Notes under the pieces: generated by a model
What the model saw: the letters and a program-made list of their open reading frames with translations, nothing else
Database searches by the model: none
What the model was told of the DNA's origin: nothing
Program-made: the position numbers and the translations under genes
In this document: positions 1 through 12,235 of the stretch, piece by piece
How positions within the stretch are numbered: the first letter of the stretch is position 1
How the letters are laid out: each line of letters starts with the position of its first letter
Assembly (NCBI GenBank): GCA_045863295.1
Contig: BTWA01000001.1
Location: 212,337 to 276,336, forward strand
Direction of reading: 5' to 3'
From: Candidatus Hydrogenedentota bacterium
Lineage (GTDB): Bacteria > Hydrogenedentota > Hydrogenedentia > Hydrogenedentales > SLHB01
Length of the DNA stretch: 64,000 bases

Positions 1-513
1 AAGCAGCATACCATCAGTGTCTTGGTCCAGAACCAGTTCGGCGTGCTCGCGCGCGTCGCGGGACTGTTCAGTATGCGGGGCTACAACATTGAAAGCCTCT
101 GCGTCGGAGAAACGGAAGATCCCACGGTATCGCGCATGACCGTCGTGGTCAGCGGCGACGACCGCGTGCTCCAACAGACCGTGAAGCAATTGAACAAGCT
201 GGTCGAGGTGATCGAAGTCATTGATTTGACCCAGTCGGACTTCGTCGAACGCGAACTCGTCCTGGTCAAGATTGGCGCCGGCGCGGCACGGCGCGGTGAA
301 GTGATTCAAATCGCCAACATCTTCCGCGCCCGCATCGTGGACATCGCATCGGAAGCCATGATTACGGAAGTGACCGGCACCCGCGCCAAGGTCCGGGCTT
401 TCATCGATATGATGCGGCCGTTTGGCATTCAGGAAGTCGTGCGCACCGGACGGGTGGCCATCTCCCGTTCGCCCAAGGAAAATGGATCAGTCGCCGAAGA
501 GGCGGTTGGATAA
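1..513 (+). CDS. ilvN: Acetolactate synthase small regulatory subunit (5' end cut by window edge)
   Basis: Frame 1 reads [33 protein letters not shown]...RELVLVK...EVVRTG (ACT domain); directly upstream of ilvC. Confidence 0.95.
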   Translation, partial: KQHTISVLVQNQFGVLARVAGLFSMRGYNIESLCVGETEDPTVSRMTVVVSGDDRVLQQTVKQLNKLVEVIEVIDLTQSDFVERELVLVKIGAGAARRGEVIQIANIFRARIVDIASEAMITEVTGTRAKVRAFIDMMRPFGIQEVVRTGRVAISRSPKENGSVAEEAVG

Positions 514-563
514 TATACCCGCGGTCCTCACGGACCGGAAAACCGGAAAAGGATTCTGCCAGC

Positions 564-1562
<999 letters not shown>

Positions 1563-1566
1563 CCCG

Positions 1567-1598
1567 AGCCGCAGCCCTTGGCTGCGGCTTTTCTGTTT
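1567..1598 (+). terminator. Intrinsic terminator after ilvC
   Basis: AGCCGCAGCC/GGCTGCGGCT stem followed by TTTCTGTTT. Confidence 0.8.
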
Positions 1599-1654
1599 GA
1601 GGGCAACTGCCCCGAAAAGTTGAAACGAACCGCCCTACGAGGAGGTCTGAATCA

Positions 1655-2383
1655 TTGAGGACGTTGCTGCGCCTTCAAGAGCTGGATTTGAAGATCGAAG
1701 CGTGCAAATTGCGCGAAGACGAAATCCCCAAGCAAAAGAACAAGTTTGACGTTCAAAAAAAACGCCTGGCGGGCGAGTTGCAGGAAAGGGAAAACCGGAT
1801 CAAGGCCCTGCAACTGGAACAACGCCAGTGCGAAGGGGAGATTAGCGAAAAGCAGGCCCAGATCGGCAAGTACCAAACCCAGCTTCTGAATGTGAAGAAG
1901 AACGACGAGTATCAGGCCCTTCTTCATGAAATCGATGCCGTAAGAAAACAGATTGCTCAACGTGAAGAACGTATCATTCAGATCATGATGGAACTGGATG
2001 AGGCAAGAGCCATGCTGGCGGAAGACAAAAAACGGATCGACGGCGAGTTGAAGGCCATTGCGGCACAATGCACGGAAATCGATCAGGAATTGGCCGAAGC
2101 CGTCAAGGCCCGCGAGTCCCTGGAATTACAGCGAAAACCGTTCCTGGACAAGGTGGAAGCCACCTTGTTCTCACGATACCAGCGGATCCGCCAAAGCAAA
2201 AAGACCGGCGCGGCGGCTGTTCCGCTCAACGACGAAGTCTGTAGCGGATGCAATATGCGCGTGACCGCGCAGATTGTAAACGAGATTCTTGAAGGCAAAA
2301 TACACAACTGCCGCCAGTGCGGCCGGTTGTTGTACTCCAAAGACAAACTGGATGAACCCGAAGCCGGCTTGCAGTCGGCTTGA
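1655..2383 (+). CDS. Coiled-coil protein with C4 zinc ribbon (DUF164/CT398/HP0958 family)
   Basis: LLRLQELD start, long heptad coil, C-terminal CSGC...CRQCGRLLY; GGAGG upstream of TTG start. Confidence 0.9.
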   Translation: MRTLLRLQELDLKIEACKLREDEIPKQKNKFDVQKKRLAGELQERENRIKALQLEQRQCEGEISEKQAQIGKYQTQLLNVKKNDEYQALLHEIDAVRKQIAQREERIIQIMMELDEARAMLAEDKKRIDGELKAIAAQCTEIDQELAEAVKARESLELQRKPFLDKVEATLFSRYQRIRQSKKTGAAAVPLNDEVCSGCNMRVTAQIVNEILEGKIHNCRQCGRLLYSKDKLDEPEAGLQSA

Positions 2384-2393
2384 GCGAGATACT

Positions 2394-3248
2394 ATGGCAT
2401 TCCTGAAACGGCGGCGGTTCGTTTCTGTTATAGGCAGGCGCAGCCAGGTGCCAGACGGCATGTGGCTGAAATGTCCCGGCTGCGGCCAGGCCATTACCAG
2501 CAAAGAACTTCACGACAACCTGATGGTCTGCACCCATTGCGACTACCATCATCGGGTGTCGGCGCGCGATCGCATCGAATTCCTGCTGGATCACGACACC
2601 TTCGTGGAGACGCACGCCAAGGTGCACAACGGCGATCCGCTCGGCTTCGTGGTCGAGGAAGTGAAGTATTCCTATCCCAGCAAAGTAAAGGCCGCCGAAG
2701 ACAAAAGCGGCCTGCGGGAAGCCATCGTCACAGGGTTCGGAGCCATCGAGGGGTACCGGCTGGCATTAGGCGTAATGGACTTCGGATTTCTCGGAGGCAG
2801 CATGGGATCGGCGACAGGAGAAAAATTCTGCCGCCTTGCCGAAGATGCCATCGAAGAAAAAGTGCCGATGATCACGTTCTCCTCGTCCGGCGGAGCCCGC
2901 ATGATGGAAGGCATACTCAGCCTCATGCAAATGGCAAAGACCTCCGAAGCCGTAAGGCGTATGAACGAAGCGGGAATCCCCTACGTTTCCGTATTGACGC
3001 ATCCAACAACCGGTGGCGTCTTCGCCAGCTTCTCAACCATCGGCGACATCATTCTCGCGGAACCCCACGCACACATCGGATTCGCCGGCCCGAGGTTGAT
3101 TGAACGCTCGCTCAAAGTAAAATTGCCTGAAGGCTTTCAGACCGCCGAATATCAATACGGCAACGGTTTCATCGACCGTATCGTGAAGCGGACAGAAATG
3201 CGTTCGACCCTTGGGAAGTTGGTCCGCTACCTGTCGCCCTCGCGGTAG
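2394..3248 (+). CDS. accD: Acetyl-CoA carboxylase carboxyltransferase beta subunit
   Basis: WLKCPGC...CTHCDYH zinc finger, GGSMGS, SGGARMMEG, PTTGGV, IGFAGPR; ATG 2394 chosen over the ORF-track start. Confidence 0.96.
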   Translation: MAFLKRRRFVSVIGRRSQVPDGMWLKCPGCGQAITSKELHDNLMVCTHCDYHHRVSARDRIEFLLDHDTFVETHAKVHNGDPLGFVVEEVKYSYPSKVKAAEDKSGLREAIVTGFGAIEGYRLALGVMDFGFLGGSMGSATGEKFCRLAEDAIEEKVPMITFSSSGGARMMEGILSLMQMAKTSEAVRRMNEAGIPYVSVLTHPTTGGVFASFSTIGDIILAEPHAHIGFAGPRLIERSLKVKLPEGFQTAEYQYGNGFIDRIVKRTEMRSTLGKLVRYLSPSR

Positions 3249-3252
3249 CCCA

Positions 3253-4509
3253 GTGAGCGCCGGCAACCCACTCCAACGATTGGCCCGTGGCCAAGGCATA
3301 AAACCAGGCCAGGATCGCGTGCTGGCGTTGTTGGCCTCGCAAGGCAACCCCCATCTCAAGTACCCCGCCGTACACATCGGGGGCACCAACGGCAAAGGCA
3401 GCACAGGCGCATTCCTCGATGCCATGCTCCGCGCGGCCGGTTATCGCGTGGGTCGGTTCACCAGCCCTCCTTTGCAGCACGACGAAGAACATATCCTCGT
3501 CGACGGCACTCCAATCTCGCCCAACGGCTTTTCTTCGCTACTCGATTCATTTCTCCCCACACTCGCCGAATTGCCCGATCAACCAACCCCATTTGAACTC
3601 GTTACCGCGGCCGCGTTTACGTGGTTCGCCAAAGAACGTGTGGACTGCGCAATTATCGAAGCTGGAATGGGCGGCCGAAGCGACGCGACCAACGTTATCA
3701 CACCTACGGTCACCGTGTTGTGCCCCACTTCCATCGATCACGAGGCGCACCTCGGATCGGGAATTGCCGCGATCGCGCACGAAAAAGCAGGCTTAATCAA
3801 GCCGGAAGTGCCGGTCGTTTGCGCGGCACAACCCGCCGAAGCCGCCCGCATCTTCAGAGAAACCGCCGACGAAGTGGACGCGCCATTGCGCATGGCCAAC
3901 GATGCATTCCGCTTCGCCGTGGAGGGCTACGCCTTCAATCAGCGGCTGACCTACGAAGGTGAACTGGAATTCAACTCGACCCCCATTGCGCTCGCCGGCC
4001 GGTTCCAGGGCGAAAACGCAGCACTGGCCGTGGCCGCGGCCGAATCCATGGCGACACGTTTCCCCAACCTGAATGCAGAGGCCATACGGCGTGGCCTTTC
4101 CTCCGCGGTTTGGCCGTGCCGCTTCGATCGCGTTCAACGCGAACCCTTGATAGTGATCGATTGCGCACACAATCCCGGTGGAGCCAAGGCCTTGGCGCAC
4201 TCCATGCTCCCCTGCATTGTCGTTCTCGCCGTCTCCAACGATAAAGACGCCTCGGGCATTACTGACGCCTTGCGGCCCATCGCACGCGAATTCATCGCGA
4301 CACAATATGAAGGCACCAGATCCATGGATGCGGCGCAACTGCAGACCGTGTGCGGCGCGTCATTGACGGAACCTTCCCTGGAAGCCGCGATTAACACAGG
4401 CGTTGCCAGAGCCGAAGAACAAAAACTCCCCCTTCTCATCACCGGGTCCATATTCACTGCCGCGCAGGCTCGCCGGTTCTTGAAGGCTACTCCGCTATCG
4501 TTCCGCTAG
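3253..4509 (+). CDS. folC: Folylpolyglutamate synthase/dihydrofolate synthase
   Basis: HIGGTNGKGS, FTSP, EAGMGGRSDATN, EKAG, DCAHNP, TGS motifs; conserved accD-folC order. Confidence 0.93.
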   Translation: MSAGNPLQRLARGQGIKPGQDRVLALLASQGNPHLKYPAVHIGGTNGKGSTGAFLDAMLRAAGYRVGRFTSPPLQHDEEHILVDGTPISPNGFSSLLDSFLPTLAELPDQPTPFELVTAAAFTWFAKERVDCAIIEAGMGGRSDATNVITPTVTVLCPTSIDHEAHLGSGIAAIAHEKAGLIKPEVPVVCAAQPAEAARIFRETADEVDAPLRMANDAFRFAVEGYAFNQRLTYEGELEFNSTPIALAGRFQGENAALAVAAAESMATRFPNLNAEAIRRGLSSAVWPCRFDRVQREPLIVIDCAHNPGGAKALAHSMLPCIVVLAVSNDKDASGITDALRPIAREFIATQYEGTRSMDAAQLQTVCGASLTEPSLEAAINTGVARAEEQKLPLLITGSIFTAAQARRFLKATPLSFR

Positions 4510-5484
4510 GAAGTCCTGAATCCATTCCGCCAATGGCGGCGCAACCGCCGCATGACCCATGGAATTGAGGTGAACGCCGTCGATAAACCACGCCGGGTCG
4601 GGTGCGATAATTTCGTTGAGGCTGACATACGGGATGCCCAATCCCATTATCGCATCGCGTATCTGATTCATGCGCTCCATGGAAGGCGCGCTGCTGAGAG
4701 TGGGCGCCATGATCACAGCAAGCGGGATGTCGCCAAGCGACGTCTTGAATTCGACAAGGGCGTCCAGGTTTTTCCGGAAACATTCCTCCTCCGAAAGCGC
4801 TTCCGTGGCCACGCTATCTTCCGGAGGTTTCAAGATTCCCCATTCCAAACGGCGATACAGACGTATGCGCGCAATCCGGGCAAGATAACTGATTGCGAAG
4901 TCGGGCTTCTCCAGAGGAAATGCTGGAGTCCGCTCAGACAACGCAACAAACGGCGGGCGCGTAAAATCGCGCGGAATGGCCACGATCACCACGTTGTCCA
5001 CGTTCAAACCCCGCAAGTGCTCGTAGTGTGCCGCCATCCGCGCAATCGAATACCCGTTCACACCGGCATTGACGATCTCGAAACCCGGCATACGCTTTTC
5101 TGCAAGCGTGGTGAACAATTCGTCCTGCACGATAGCCGGACCGCCCCACGTGACCGAATCGCCCAACACGAGAATGCGACGGATGCCATCCGGTTTTGCT
5201 TTCAGCGGCCGGGGATCGCGCACCCCCCAATGATTGATCACAATGGTCCGGCCCCAGATCGTGGAAGTCTGATTGGGCTTGATTCGGTAGCCCGTCGCTG
5301 AATCCAGCTCGTACAGGATGGGATCATGTATTCCCAAGAGCCTGAGGAAGCCTTCCGCCCCACACAACGAAAGCGCCGCGAAAATGGCTGTTAAAAGAAA
5401 TCGCTTTATCCGAGGGGTAGTGGTAATCAATGATTGGCAGGCCCTTTCTACCGCCATTTTCGGTTTGGCGGAGCCGGCAATCAA
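4495..5484 (-). CDS. SGNH/GDSL hydrolase with N-terminal membrane anchor (start uncertain)
   Basis: ILVLGDSVTWG, NAGVNGY and DGVHLNSMGH blocks. Confidence 0.85.
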   Translation of the reverse strand: MIAGSAKPKMAVERACQSLITTTPRIKRFLLTAIFAALSLCGAEGFLRLLGIHDPILYELDSATGYRIKPNQTSTIWGRTIVINHWGVRDPRPLKAKPDGIRRILVLGDSVTWGGPAIVQDELFTTLAEKRMPGFEIVNAGVNGYSIARMAAHYEHLRGLNVDNVVIVAIPRDFTRPPFVALSERTPAFPLEKPDFAISYLARIARIRLYRRLEWGILKPPEDSVATEALSEEECFRKNLDALVEFKTSLGDIPLAVIMAPTLSSAPSMERMNQIRDAIMGLGIPYVSLNEIIAPDPAWFIDGVHLNSMGHAAVAPPLAEWIQDFLAER

Positions 5485-5808
5485 GTTTATTCACGCAAGA
5501 GCCGATGGTTTATGTCCAAACGCCATAAATAGTTTCAACTATTTGACTTACATTCAGTCATATACGCGTGGAATCGTTGGATTTTTATTGGGGCTTCTGA
5601 TATACTTCGCAAATCCGTTGGGGAATTCCCACATACAATGGAGTCGGTTTGCGAACAGGGCCACCACACGATTTAGTGTGATTTGCCGCTTATTTGTGCA
5701 CGGATTACGGGGTATGTGCCGAATTCACCACGCCAGGTTGTGAATTGCGTGCGAATGTGTGGGTGGGTGCCCCGCGCCATGATGTCTGTGCGGGATACGC
5801 GCCAATAG

Positions 5809-6918
<1,110 letters not shown>

Positions 6919-6966
6919 CCACCCCCCGCGAACGCCTATCGCCGCCTGTATGGAGCGCGTGAGTAG

Positions 6967-7926
6967 ATGCTGATCTCCAAACGCATCACCGAATACCGGC
7001 CTGTCCTCATCCTCATTGTGCTCGTCCTCTTCTCGTTGGCGTCTTTGGCCTCCGGCAAGCGCGGCAATATCTTGAGTGAAGCGGTAGGAACGGCCGTTTC
7101 GGTTGTCGCCTATCCGTTCTGGAAAGTGCTGACCGGAATAAGCAGCGGCGTGGATTATGCCGCCGGATTCGTCACACAATACAGTTCCGCTCAGACCGAA
7201 GCGAAACGGTTGCAGCACAAACTCGATGCCATGGTCACCGATGTATCGGAACTCGGTAAATTGCAGGTCGAGAACACGCGACTGCGCAAATTGCTGGACT
7301 ACGAACGCGAAAATCCCCAATACAAATTTCTGCACGCCCGCGTCATATCCAAGAGCCGAGGTACCCTGGTAATTGATCGAGGCGAAGTCCACGGCGTGCA
7401 ACAAGCAACAGTCGCTGTGACAATCGATGGCGTCGTGGGAGTCGTGACCCAAGTGGAACCCACCATCGCGTTTGTCGCCTCCGTATACAGCGATCAGTTT
7501 CGAATGAGTTCCGTCATCGACCGGGAGAGGCGCGTGTACTCCGTCGTTCATGGCTCGGGAAGCGACTGGAGCAAAACCTGCCGGTTGAACTACGTGGACA
7601 ACAAAAACGAAGTCCGGCAGGGCGATCTCGTTTACACCAGCGGAGAAGGACTGTACCCATCCGATTTGCTGATTGGGCGCGTCGTCGAAGTCGAGCGCGG
7701 CGCGGGCATGTTTCAAAACGCCTATATGGAACCCACGGCCGAGCCCTACACGTTGGATGAATTGCTGCTCGTTACCCAGGCGCAAACCGACGCACGCCTG
7801 TTGGCAGGACCCGCACCAGCCACCGAAACTGTCGTTCCCGAGCCCGAAACGGGCGAAAAGAACAAGACCACACCGCCGGACGCCGTGCCCGACATGCGTC
7901 CTCTGCCGGAGCGTTACGCGCCATGA
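6967..7926 (+). CDS. mreC: Rod shape protein MreC
   Basis: N-terminal TM, ENTRLRKLL coil, GVVGVV, GDLVYTSG...YP. Confidence 0.93.
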   Translation: MLISKRITEYRPVLILIVLVLFSLASLASGKRGNILSEAVGTAVSVVAYPFWKVLTGISSGVDYAAGFVTQYSSAQTEAKRLQHKLDAMVTDVSELGKLQVENTRLRKLLDYERENPQYKFLHARVISKSRGTLVIDRGEVHGVQQATVAVTIDGVVGVVTQVEPTIAFVASVYSDQFRMSSVIDRERRVYSVVHGSGSDWSKTCRLNYVDNKNEVRQGDLVYTSGEGLYPSDLLIGRVVEVERGAGMFQNAYMEPTAEPYTLDELLLVTQAQTDARLLAGPAPATETVVPEPETGEKNKTTPPDAVPDMRPLPERYAP

Positions 7927-8447
7927 GCGAACCGCGGACCATGCGAAACAACGTGCTCTGGTTCTTTGCAGTCGTCATTACGGCATTGGTGCAAACTACA
8001 TGGCTCGAAGCTATCCGCTACCAGGACGTACTTCCCGATCTGACCGTGTTGCTTGTCATCTACTTTGCCATGTCGCAGGGAATCGAGCGCGCCATGCTGA
8101 CCGGCGCGCTCGGTGGGCTCTTCCAGGACGTGGCCAGCAACAGCGTCATCGGGCACCATGTGTTGTGTCTCGTAATTATCGGATACGTGGCGGGCCGAAT
8201 CGCCACACGGCTGATGACGGAACACCCCGCCGTCAAGGTGGGACTCGTATTCCTGGCCGGCGTCTTGAATGGGCTACTCTACATTCTCATCGCCTATGTG
8301 CAGGATCCGGGCCGCGCCGCGCTATACAATATTATTGCCCGCGTGGTGCCCTCCTCGTTCTATACGGCGTTGTGCACACCCATACTCTTCTTTCTTCTCG
8401 ATCGGTCGTTTCGAAGCCGGTTCACGCTACGAAGAGGTACTGCCTAG
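7923..8447 (+). CDS. mreD: Rod shape protein MreD
   Basis: Small polytopic protein, PDL..L and GLFQD motifs, lies between mreC and mrdA. Confidence 0.9.
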   Translation: MSEPRTMRNNVLWFFAVVITALVQTTWLEAIRYQDVLPDLTVLLVIYFAMSQGIERAMLTGALGGLFQDVASNSVIGHHVLCLVIIGYVAGRIATRLMTEHPAVKVGLVFLAGVLNGLLYILIAYVQDPGRAALYNIIARVVPSSFYTALCTPILFFLLDRSFRSRFTLRRGTA

Positions 8448-10403
8448 ATGGATACCGGAAAACGCAAGCGGTACGAAGGCTTTGATATACGGCTGTACAG
8501 TGTGGCCGCGGGGCTCATGCTCGTGTTCCTCATACTGGCGGGCCGCATGTGGGAACTGCAGATCAAAATGGGCGATTACTACGAGAAAGAAGCCCGGGAA
8601 AAACGCCTGAGTCTCATGCGTATCAATGCCCCACGCGGGGCCATATACGGTCAGCACAACGGAGAAGAAGTACTGCTGGCAGACACACGCGCAGCCCAAG
8701 ATCTCGTGCTGGTTCCCGGACTTATCAACGAACCCGGCGCAACCTTGGATCTGCTTGGCACGCTGTTGCCAATTGACCGCGAGTCGCTTTCGGCAAAAAT
8801 CGACAAGGCTCTCAACGGAAAGAATCCCACGCCGTTTGTGCAACTGCTGGTAAAACGCGATATATCAATTACCGACCTCGCCCGAATTGAAGAATGCTCC
8901 TATCGCATGCCGGGCGTGTTCCCCGTTCACCAACCGCAACGGCGATACCACTACGGCCAGACCGCAAGCCAAGTGATTGGCTATATCGGCGAAATCAGTC
9001 CCGACGAATTGAAATTCCGGGGCGAACCGTACAAACAGGGCGACCTCGTGGGAAAGTCGGGCCTGGAATACGTATACGAAGAAGCGCTCCAAGGTACCGC
9101 CGGTATCGTGCTCGTGAGCCGGTATTGCGGCGATCGTGGACTCCCCCAAGTGCGCGTGGATTTGGAAGACAACTACCATGTCGACGACCTGCTCGGACGA
9201 GACCTGACAGCGGACGCCACCGTGCCCCCCAAGATCGGCGGCAAGCTCGTCACTACACTGGACATCGGCCTGCAAGTGGCTGCCGAGGAAGCATTGGGCA
9301 AAGAAGTTGGCTCCATCGTCGTGTTGAACGCACGCAACGGCCAAGTGCTCGCGCTTGCAAGCACGCCCACGTACGATCCCTCCGTCTTCGTGGAATCCGG
9401 CCACGGAGACCTGCGGCTGGCCCTCCTGAACGACAAAGACAAAGACAGTGCCCCCATGCGTCACCGCGCCTATCAGGAGGCCTATCCCCCGGGAAGCGTC
9501 TTCAAAGTGGTCTTGGCAATCGCCGCCTTGCAAGAAGGCTTGATCACGGAAAACACGACGCACTTCTGCAACGGGATGTACCGGGGCCCTGGCCGCTCCT
9601 GGGCATGCTGGCGCAAAAAATACGGGGGCCATGGCACAGTCAATGTCGTGGATGCACTCGCCTATTCCTGCGACGTGTTCTTCTACAAGGTCGGACTCGA
9701 TCTTGGCATCGACAAGATCGACGAATGGTGCCGGAAACTCGGCATGGGCGAAAAAACGGGCATCGACTTGCGCGGAGAAATATCGGGCCTCATCCCAAAC
9801 CCGGAGTGGAAAGAGGCACTCATGCGAAAGTTGGGCAAAACCGACAATTGGAGCTTGAAGTGGCAGCCCTACGAGACAATTAACGCGTCCATCGGACAGG
9901 GCGATGTCGATACCACGCCCTTGCAGAACGCGGTCATGATGGCAACCGTATTAAACGGCGGCCGGCGTGTGAGGCCGTACCTGAATGCGGCCTTGCAACC
10001 GCAATTGACAGAACCCCTCTACGCAGAGAAAGTGCGTGAAATCGTAATCCGAGGCATGCAGCTGTGCGTGGAAGATAACATCGCGCCCAGCGGTACGGGT
10101 ACGGCAGCCCGCGTCAAAGGCATTACCGTCATTGGCAAGACAGGCACCGCCCAAGTGGTGCAAATGGGCGCCTATGCCAAATATCGGAATGAAGAAGACA
10201 TTCCCCGCGCCCTGAGAGACCACGCTCACTTTGTGGCGGGTGTAACCGACCGGGAACCGCCTCTTGCGATCGCGGTTATCGTGGAACATGGCCTACATGG
10301 AAGCAGTACGGCGGCGCCCCTGGCCAAGCAAGTAGTCGAAGCATTCTACAATCGCGTGCCGGAAGGTGCGCTTCATGTCGCGCAGGCCACGGTGCAGCCA
10401 TGA
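8448..10403 (+). CDS. mrdA: Penicillin-binding protein 2
   Basis: APRG, GKSGLE, PGSVFK (SxxK), SCD (SxD), KTGT motifs. Confidence 0.95.
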   Translation: MDTGKRKRYEGFDIRLYSVAAGLMLVFLILAGRMWELQIKMGDYYEKEAREKRLSLMRINAPRGAIYGQHNGEEVLLADTRAAQDLVLVPGLINEPGATLDLLGTLLPIDRESLSAKIDKALNGKNPTPFVQLLVKRDISITDLARIEECSYRMPGVFPVHQPQRRYHYGQTASQVIGYIGEISPDELKFRGEPYKQGDLVGKSGLEYVYEEALQGTAGIVLVSRYCGDRGLPQVRVDLEDNYHVDDLLGRDLTADATVPPKIGGKLVTTLDIGLQVAAEEALGKEVGSIVVLNARNGQVLALASTPTYDPSVFVESGHGDLRLALLNDKDKDSAPMRHRAYQEAYPPGSVFKVVLAIAALQEGLITENTTHFCNGMYRGPGRSWACWRKKYGGHGTVNVVDALAYSCDVFFYKVGLDLGIDKIDEWCRKLGMGEKTGIDLRGEISGLIPNPEWKEALMRKLGKTDNWSLKWQPYETINASIGQGDVDTTPLQNAVMMATVLNGGRRVRPYLNAALQPQLTEPLYAEKVREIVIRGMQLCVEDNIAPSGTGTAARVKGITVIGKTGTAQVVQMGAYAKYRNEEDIPRALRDHAHFVAGVTDREPPLAIAVIVEHGLHGSSTAAPLAKQVVEAFYNRVPEGALHVAQATVQP

Positions 10404-11557
10404 TACGTGTCGAGCGCGATCTCAATACCTTCGAAGCGCAGATAGGCGTCTTCAACTGGCGCAACTTGAAGCGCGTGGACTGGTTGTTGTTGGCTACCGT
10501 CGTATTGCTGGCGGTAGTGGGAATGATCGTCCTCTCCAGCGGCTCCGACTCGCAGCAGAATCACTATACCCAATCCCGGAATCTGTTGGTGGGTCTGGCC
10601 GCCGCAATTCTCATTGTATGCATCGACTACCGCGCGCTCATCTCCCTGGCGCCCGTGACGCTGGGTGTCGTCGCCGTCATGTTGCTCCTGGTGAAAGTGA
10701 TTGGCGTGGAAGCCAAAGGCGGCCAGCACTGGCTGCCCATACTGCCCGGATTGCGGCTGCAGCCGTCCGAACTAAGCAAACTCGCGCTGTGCTATGCCCT
10801 CGCATGGTACTTGAGCCGCATCGGAAGCCGGATTGAAAATATCTTCTACTTCCTGCTGTGTTTCGCGATATCCGGATTGGTCATCGGCCTTGTCCTCATC
10901 CAGGGCGATCTGGGAACCGCCATCACCATTATCCCGCTGGCCTTCGTCATGCCGTATGCAGCCGGCTGCAAAAAAAGGTATCTCGCCGGATTGCTCGTGC
11001 TCGGAACCATTGGGGCGGTAACCCTCTGGGTCGTCGATGAAAAACTGGAATTGGGATTGATCAAAGAGTACCAGCGCGGACGCATCTACAGCTTTATGGA
11101 CCCCGAATCCGATCCCCGTGGAGATGGCTTCCAGATCATTCACGCCAAACTCGCAGTGGGAAGCGGCCAAATGTGGGGTAAAGGATACAAGCAAGGCACA
11201 CACACGGAATACGGGTACGTGCTCGAGCAAAATACCGATTTTATCTTTGCCCGGCTGGCCGAAGAATTCGGATTTGCCGGAGGCGTGGGAGTACTGGGCT
11301 TGTTCGCGGTCTTCTTGCTCCGAGGGCTTAGCCTGGCGCGTTCCTGTCCCGATCCGGCTGGGAGCCTGCTGGCCCTGGGTTGCGTTACCGTGCTCGCGGT
11401 CCATATTATCGTGAATATTGCAATCGTGCTTCACTTGATGCCCATTACAGGAATTCCGCTGCCTTTTATCAGCTATGGCGGCTCGTTCTATCTCACCACC
11501 ATGATGTGCGTGGGGGCAATTCTGAGCGTACACGTGCGCAAGGGGCTATTTGACTGA
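10400..11557 (+). CDS. rodA: SEDS peptidoglycan polymerase RodA
   Basis: QPSELSK, QGDLGT, YQRGRI, TDFIF, TGIPLPFISYGGS. Confidence 0.95.
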   Translation: MIRVERDLNTFEAQIGVFNWRNLKRVDWLLLATVVLLAVVGMIVLSSGSDSQQNHYTQSRNLLVGLAAAILIVCIDYRALISLAPVTLGVVAVMLLLVKVIGVEAKGGQHWLPILPGLRLQPSELSKLALCYALAWYLSRIGSRIENIFYFLLCFAISGLVIGLVLIQGDLGTAITIIPLAFVMPYAAGCKKRYLAGLLVLGTIGAVTLWVVDEKLELGLIKEYQRGRIYSFMDPESDPRGDGFQIIHAKLAVGSGQMWGKGYKQGTHTEYGYVLEQNTDFIFARLAEEFGFAGGVGVLGLFAVFLLRGLSLARSCPDPAGSLLALGCVTVLAVHIIVNIAIVLHLMPITGIPLPFISYGGSFYLTTMMCVGAILSVHVRKGLFD

Positions 11558-11587
11558 ACGCGCAGGCCATGGCTCGGGAGCGACGCC

Positions 11588-12223
11588 GTGAGCCGGATGC
11601 GATTGCGGCTGCTCCGGGATGGAGACGCGAGAGCGCTCGCCTTCACGGAATATGTGCAGGCGCTCCATCACGCGGTTGGACGCGCGGGACTGCCCGTCGC
11701 AAGAGGCAAGCATAAGTACCGGTTGACGCCGGGGCCACCGTTGGCCCAGGGGCAATGCAGCCGGTGTGAATATGTGGATTTTGAACTGGAGGATGCCATC
11801 ACGGGCATCGCGTTTCTAAAAGCGTTTTCGCCGCACTTGCCGCCGGGGGTTCAGGCGGTTTCGGCGAGAAGACTGCCGGTGGATGCACCGCACCTGCGCG
11901 CCGCTGTCATGGGATTTGTCTATGCCGTGCACGCGTCCTTGGACGCACAAAAGGCGGACGAGTTTCGCCAAAGGGCGGAATGGCCGTTCTCGAGAGACCG
12001 GCAGGGTCGAATTCAGAACTTCGACTTGAAGCGCAGTGTGGCCCGGTTAATGACCGGACCCATCGAAACACGCATGCACGTACGCGTTTTGCCAGAAGGC
12101 ACTCCAAAACCCCAGGAAGTTATCGCATCGATATTCGATCTCTCCATGGAAACGGTGGAACGTCTGACCATGGTTCGGATCTGGGTTCAACTCATACCGG
12201 TGCGATTCGCTTCCCATGAGTGA
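11588..12223 (+). CDS. DUF2344 / TIGR03936 radical-SAM-associated protein
   Basis: RAGLPV...GPPLAQGQCSRCEYVDFEL...LPPG...KPQEVI; usual position between rodA and rng. Confidence 0.75.
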   Translation: MSRMRLRLLRDGDARALAFTEYVQALHHAVGRAGLPVARGKHKYRLTPGPPLAQGQCSRCEYVDFELEDAITGIAFLKAFSPHLPPGVQAVSARRLPVDAPHLRAAVMGFVYAVHASLDAQKADEFRQRAEWPFSRDRQGRIQNFDLKRSVARLMTGPIETRMHVRVLPEGTPKPQEVIASIFDLSMETVERLTMVRIWVQLIPVRFASHE

Positions 12224-12235
12224 CACGGCCATACC

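Noticed and set aside
2384..2393. RNase P RNA often follows the Zn-ribbon gene
   Set aside because: Only a 10-bp gap to accD; no rnpB signature
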